Assembly: GCA_035620375.1 (NCBI GenBank)
Contig: DASPGX010000008.1
Span: 1 to 27,265, forward strand
Origin: Minisyncoccota bacterium
Lineage (GTDB): Bacteria > Patescibacteriota > Minisyncoccia > 2-02-FULL-40-12 > GWA2-44-9
Direction of reading: 5' to 3'
DNA: 27,265 nucleotides
The notes under the pieces were generated by a model that ran no database searches, was not told where the DNA came from, and saw nothing but the letters and a program-made list of their open reading frames with translations. Position numbers and translations under genes: made by a program. This document shows positions 24,474 to 27,265 of the stretch, piece after piece; positions within the stretch are counted from its first letter, which is position 1, and every line of letters starts with the position of its first letter.

Positions 24474-25030
24474 TATGCAGACATCAGTTCGGCCTCCTTA
24501 CGTTCCTTGAGCTCCTCGAGCTTTCCGTGGAGTTCGTCCACCACCTTCTGCAGCTCCTCCTTTGCCCTGCGGACGTCGTCTTCGCGGGCGGTTTTCTCGC
24601 GGACGGCCGCCTGCACCTTCTTGAGGATTTCTTCGCGCGTCTGGCGGATGCGGATGCGCGCCTCCTCAATCTTCTGGTGCAGAAGGCGGACGTATTCCTT
24701 GCGCCGCTCCTCGGTCAGCGACGGCACCGTCAGCCGGACGGACGTGCCGTCCACCACGGGATTCATGCCCAGGTCCGAGTCACGGATGGCGCGTTCGATG
24801 TCCTCCAGCGCCGCCTTGTCCCACGGCTGGATGACGATGCTCCGCGCATCGGGCGTGGCGATTGACGCCACCTCCTTCACCCGCATTTCCGACCCCGCAT
24901 ACTGCAGTTTCAGTTCGGACACCATGTCCGGATTCGCCCGGCCCGTACGGATTGCCGACGCTTCCTTGCGCGCGTGCTCAAACGCGGCATCAAAATCCGC
25001 CCGCCGCTGCTTGATGAGTTCCTGGTACAT
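24473..25030 (-). CDS. frr: ribosome recycling factor
   Basis: 185 aa. Length and charged-helical pattern are typical of RRF (…VRTGRANPDMVSELKLQYAGSEMRVKEVA…). Confidence 0.9.
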   Translation of the reverse strand: MYQELIKQRRADFDAAFEHARKEASAIRTGRANPDMVSELKLQYAGSEMRVKEVASIATPDARSIVIQPWDKAALEDIERAIRDSDLGMNPVVDGTSVRLTVPSLTEERRKEYVRLLHQKIEEARIRIRQTREEILKKVQAAVREKTAREDDVRRAKEELQKVVDELHGKLEELKERKEAELMSA

Positions 25031-25059
25031 AACCCCGTGAAAATAGCAGATTTCCTTAT

Positions 25060-25091
25060 AAAATGGAACCCCCGCGCTCGGATGCGCGGGG
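25060..25091 (-). terminator. rho-independent terminator (CCCCGCGC-tcggat-GCGCGGGG + UUCCAUUUUAU) after the small hypothetical gene
   Basis: 8-bp stem with a U-rich tail on the minus strand, between gene 25107.. and frr. Confidence 0.55.
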
Positions 25092-25106
25092 TAGCGGAAC
25101 GGCCGT

Positions 25107-25421
25107 TCAGTTGACGGTAAAGGAGCCGATGCGCCTGATGATTTCGAGGTAGTGCTCCGGTCCGGCGGCCCCGTCCTGGATGATGAGCGCGTCCACGACG
25201 TATGCGTCGCCCCGTCTGCTCTCCAGCGCGCGGTGCGCGATTTCCTCGGCCGCGAGGTAGTCCCGGAGGATGTCCAGGGCCGCGAGCGCTTCCACCTCTC
25301 CGGGCTCGTCCTTACGGGAAGCCGTACTGATGCTCAGCGCCCCCGTATCGTACGTCTGGACCCGGAGCCGTACCTCCAGGCCGCCCGACATGGAAATCCG
25401 GTGAATCTCGTTGGATTCCAT
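25107..25421 (-). CDS. hypothetical small cytoplasmic protein (about 104 aa)
   Basis: The track ORF 25107..25475 is trimmed to the ATG at 25421 (MESNEIHRISMSGG...). The upstream ATG lies inside the TTGACG-17-TATGCT promoter (25483->25455), and GGTGGAA precedes ATG 25421. A GAACGGCCGTTC palindrome overlaps the stop. Confidence 0.45.
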   Translation of the reverse strand: MESNEIHRISMSGGLEVRLRVQTYDTGALSISTASRKDEPGEVEALAALDILRDYLAAEEIAHRALESRRGDAYVVDALIIQDGAAGPEHYLEIIRRIGSFTVN

Positions 25422-25494
25422 TGCCACATTCCACCTGCCTTTCAAAGACCATGGAGCATAGGTCCGCCGGAGCACAACGTCAAGGAGGCGGAAT

Positions 25495-25523
25495 TTGTGT
25501 TTAAATAGTTAATATGGTATAAT
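25495..25523 (+). promoter_or_regulatory. promoter: -35 TTGTGT (25495-25500), 17-nt spacer, extended -10 TGGTATAAT (25515-25523)
   Basis: Read on the + strand. It is divergent from the minus-strand promoter at 25455-25483. A GAGGAGG RBS follows at 25550-25556. Confidence 0.55.
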
Positions 25524-25563
25524 ATTTTCCATCACACGCTCATTGGTACGCGAGGAGGTGACC

Positions 25564-25998
25564 ATGAAGCGGTTACTGCCGGTTTTCAGCGTGGTGCTTG
25601 CCGCCGCGCTCGCCGTTCCCGTTCTGGCCGGGCCAAAAAAGCCCAAGAGGCCCGGGGTTTCGGTACGCGTGAGCCCGCGCGTCTCCCATGCCCCGCTTCC
25701 CGGGCACACGAGGCACGTGTTCCTGTACATCACCATCGAGAACGTGACCCCGGAGTGGGAGCAGTACTGGTGCCCGGAATTCCGCGTGGAGTGGGGAGAC
25801 GGAAGCGCGAGCGGCCGTGAAAGCGACTGCGTGCCGTTCCACGAGGCGAGCGCCGAGGACCTTGCGTACCGTGAATACCCGTTCACGTACGACTACAAGT
25901 GGGGCATCGGCCACAGCCGCATCAACGTGGAACTCCACCGCGCGGGGAAGAAGTTCGACTCCAAATCGGCGGACATCACCGTCGGGGTCGGACACTGA
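25564..25998 (+). CDS. hypothetical secreted small protein (signal peptide, 4 Cys)
   Basis: Start at ATG 25564 (MKRLLPVFSVVLAAALAVPVLAGPKKPKRP) with a GAGGAGG RBS 5 nt upstream; the track ORF begins at 25543. The signal peptide is followed by a Trp/Tyr/Glu-rich roughly 115-aa domain. A terminator follows. Confidence 0.55.
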   Translation: MKRLLPVFSVVLAAALAVPVLAGPKKPKRPGVSVRVSPRVSHAPLPGHTRHVFLYITIENVTPEWEQYWCPEFRVEWGDGSASGRESDCVPFHEASAEDLAYREYPFTYDYKWGIGHSRINVELHRAGKKFDSKSADITVGVGH

Positions 25999-26016
25999 GC
26001 ACCGAACGCTCCTGAA

Positions 26017-26048
26017 GGGGCGCCGACGAGAGCCGGCGCCCCTTTTTT
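26017..26048 (+). terminator. rho-independent terminator (GGGGCGCCG-acgagagc-CGGCGCCCC + T6)
   Basis: 9-bp GC stem plus a T-tract. The T-tract overlaps the stop codon of the convergent holB gene. Confidence 0.8.
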
Positions 26049-26893
26049 CATGCCGTAAGAAGAAAATGCTCCACCGCAAGACGTGCATTGAACTGCGGCT
26101 GCCCGAGCATGTCGTACAGCTCCAGCAGTCCGTGCAACCGGCGGGAGAGTCCCGGCTCGGACGCCAGACGCGGCCGGGAGTACGCGAGCCAGTGACCGAC
26201 GAGTTCGCGTCGGTCATCGCGGTCCGCCACGGCCTTGGCCCACGCCAGTCGCTCCGCGACACCCTGACCGAGCCTTTGGTCAAGTTCCGCTCCCGACGCG
26301 ATAATCTCTTCAGCGGCATCGTCGCGGAGCACCCGCCGCACCCACCCGATGCGCCCGCCGGCGAGCGCCACAAGCGCGTCGCGTGATTTCGCCGGCAACT
26401 TTCTTCCGACATCATCCGCGACAGCGGAGTCCGCCGCGGCGGCAAACCGCACCTGATGGCACCGCGACCGCACGGTGGCCGGCAGTTCCGCGGGCCGCGC
26501 GGTAATGAGCATGAAGGTTACGTATGCCGGAGGCTCCTCCAGAAGTTTGAGCAGCGCGTTCGCCGACTCGCGCGACATGCGATCGGCGTCATCCATGATG
26601 ACGAACAGCCGGACGCCGGAAGGCGGCCGCAGATGCAGCGCGCTCCGGAGGGGACGGATGTCTTCCTCGATTTCTATCGTTGTGCGGTCGGGAGCGCCGA
26701 CCCGGACCGCGTACGGGTCGCTTACGCCCACGACCGCGCCCCCGTGCGCCGCGCTGATGAGCTCCGTGGCAAACGTACGCTTACCGACCATTTCCGGACC
26801 GGTGAACAGATAGGCGTGCGCGAACCGGCCCGTCTTCAAAATGTCGGCGAAGTACACCTTCTGCTTCTCATGCCCGATAACGGACCATTTCAT
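26048..26893 (-). CDS. holB: DNA polymerase III subunit delta'
   Basis: 281 aa with the AAA+-like core AHAYLFTGPEMVGKRTFA, Walker-B-like FVIMDDADRM, the clamp-loader motif SRC (VRSRCHQV) and NALLKLLEEPP. A TTTCCA-17-TACAGT promoter sits 6 nt from the ATG, suggesting a leaderless transcript. Confidence 0.8.
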   Translation of the reverse strand: MKWSVIGHEKQKVYFADILKTGRFAHAYLFTGPEMVGKRTFATELISAAHGGAVVGVSDPYAVRVGAPDRTTIEIEEDIRPLRSALHLRPPSGVRLFVIMDDADRMSRESANALLKLLEEPPAYVTFMLITARPAELPATVRSRCHQVRFAAAADSAVADDVGRKLPAKSRDALVALAGGRIGWVRRVLRDDAAEEIIASGAELDQRLGQGVAERLAWAKAVADRDDRRELVGHWLAYSRPRLASEPGLSRRLHGLLELYDMLGQPQFNARLAVEHFLLTA

Positions 26894-27009
26894 GACTCAA
26901 CTGTAGAGTGAATATTGAAATGTGGAAAGTTCTCTTAGTGCGGATGTATGACCGGACCGCCGAATACGGCGGTTCCTGAGCGGAGCGAGGCTGCGCCCTC
27001 GCGAAGCGG

Positions 27010-27265
27010 CTACCCCGAGAGAATCGTCGTAGCGATTTTGTCCGCCGCATCAGGGTGAGCAAACCCCCTCACCTTCGCCCCCACCTCCGCGAGCGTCTCG
27101 GGTACGAGCATTTTCTCCAGCTGCGAAATCAGAATGTTCGGCGTCAGGTTCACGCCTTCGATGATGATATTGCCGTACTTCGCCGCTTCCGCCGCGTTGA
27201 AGAGCTGGTGATTCTGCGCTGAGCCGGGAAGCGGCACGATAATCATCGGTTTGCCGACCCACGCC
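27010..27265 (-). CDS. murG: MurG (undecaprenyldiphospho-muramoylpentapeptide beta-N-acetylglucosaminyltransferase), C-terminal fragment; 5' end outside the window
   Basis: The frame continues to the window edge (...AWVGKPMIIVPLPGSAQNHQLFNAAEAAKYGNIII...), matching the MurG C-terminal UDP-GlcNAc-binding region. Confidence 0.65.
   Translation of the reverse strand, partial: AWVGKPMIIVPLPGSAQNHQLFNAAEAAKYGNIIIEGVNLTPNILISQLEKMLVPETLAEVGAKVRGFAHPDAADKIATTILSG

Noticed and set aside
25422-25475. Upstream start MLRRTYAPWSLKGRWNVA for the 25107.. gene.
   Set aside because: That ATG lies within the spacer of the TTGACG-17-TATGCT promoter, so it is not transcribed.
1-27265. CRISPR arrays, IS elements, integrases, rRNA genes.
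   Set aside because: No direct-repeat/spacer periodicity, transposase or integrase-like translation, or rRNA-like segment was found in any frame.

Overview
This 27.3-kb window is high-GC (about 65%) bacterial chromosome dominated by housekeeping genes. Most genes are on the minus strand. All annotation below is by eye from the six-frame translations and the raw sequence, with no database searches.

Genes I can support, in order:
- 3' end of an FtsX/MacB-like ABC permease (partial, + strand).
- A small membrane-anchored coiled-coil protein, then a type IV pilus retraction ATPase PilT, each followed by a terminator.
- A long minus-strand block. It comprises a 130-aa coiled-coil protein; an 808-aa TraG/TraD/VirD4-family (type IV coupling protein-like) ATPase; a GtrA-family membrane protein; a short DnaX; tRNA-Gln(UUG); a DUF1801 protein; an unannotated 54-aa membrane peptide; and a YdeI/OmdA-like protein.
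- Two tandem GT-C (GT39 / protein-mannosyltransferase-like) membrane glycosyltransferases on the + strand.
- A roughly 490-nt promoter-to-terminator non-coding transcript on the minus strand, in a convergent intergenic region, with a tRNA-like T-arm near its 3' end.
- Further minus-strand genes: ftsQ-like, serS, lysS, an SPFH/band-7 protein, greA, the mreB-mreC-mreD-PBP2 cluster, a guanylate-kinase-like protein, a short ProRS, rseP, frr, a small hypothetical, holB, and the 3' end of murG.
- One secreted small protein on the + strand.

Structural observations:
- A 29-bp perfect palindrome, TTYAACGGCTCA-N5-TGAGCCGTTRAA, occurs three times at gene 3' ends and promoter junctions.
- Several promoters sit directly against start codons, which suggests leaderless mRNAs.
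- dnaX and proS are minimal in size, consistent with a reduced-genome lineage (possibly Patescibacteria-like; low confidence).

I found no CRISPR array, IS element or rRNA. Many long Arg/Ala-rich ORFs antisense to real genes are high-GC artefacts and are not reported as features.
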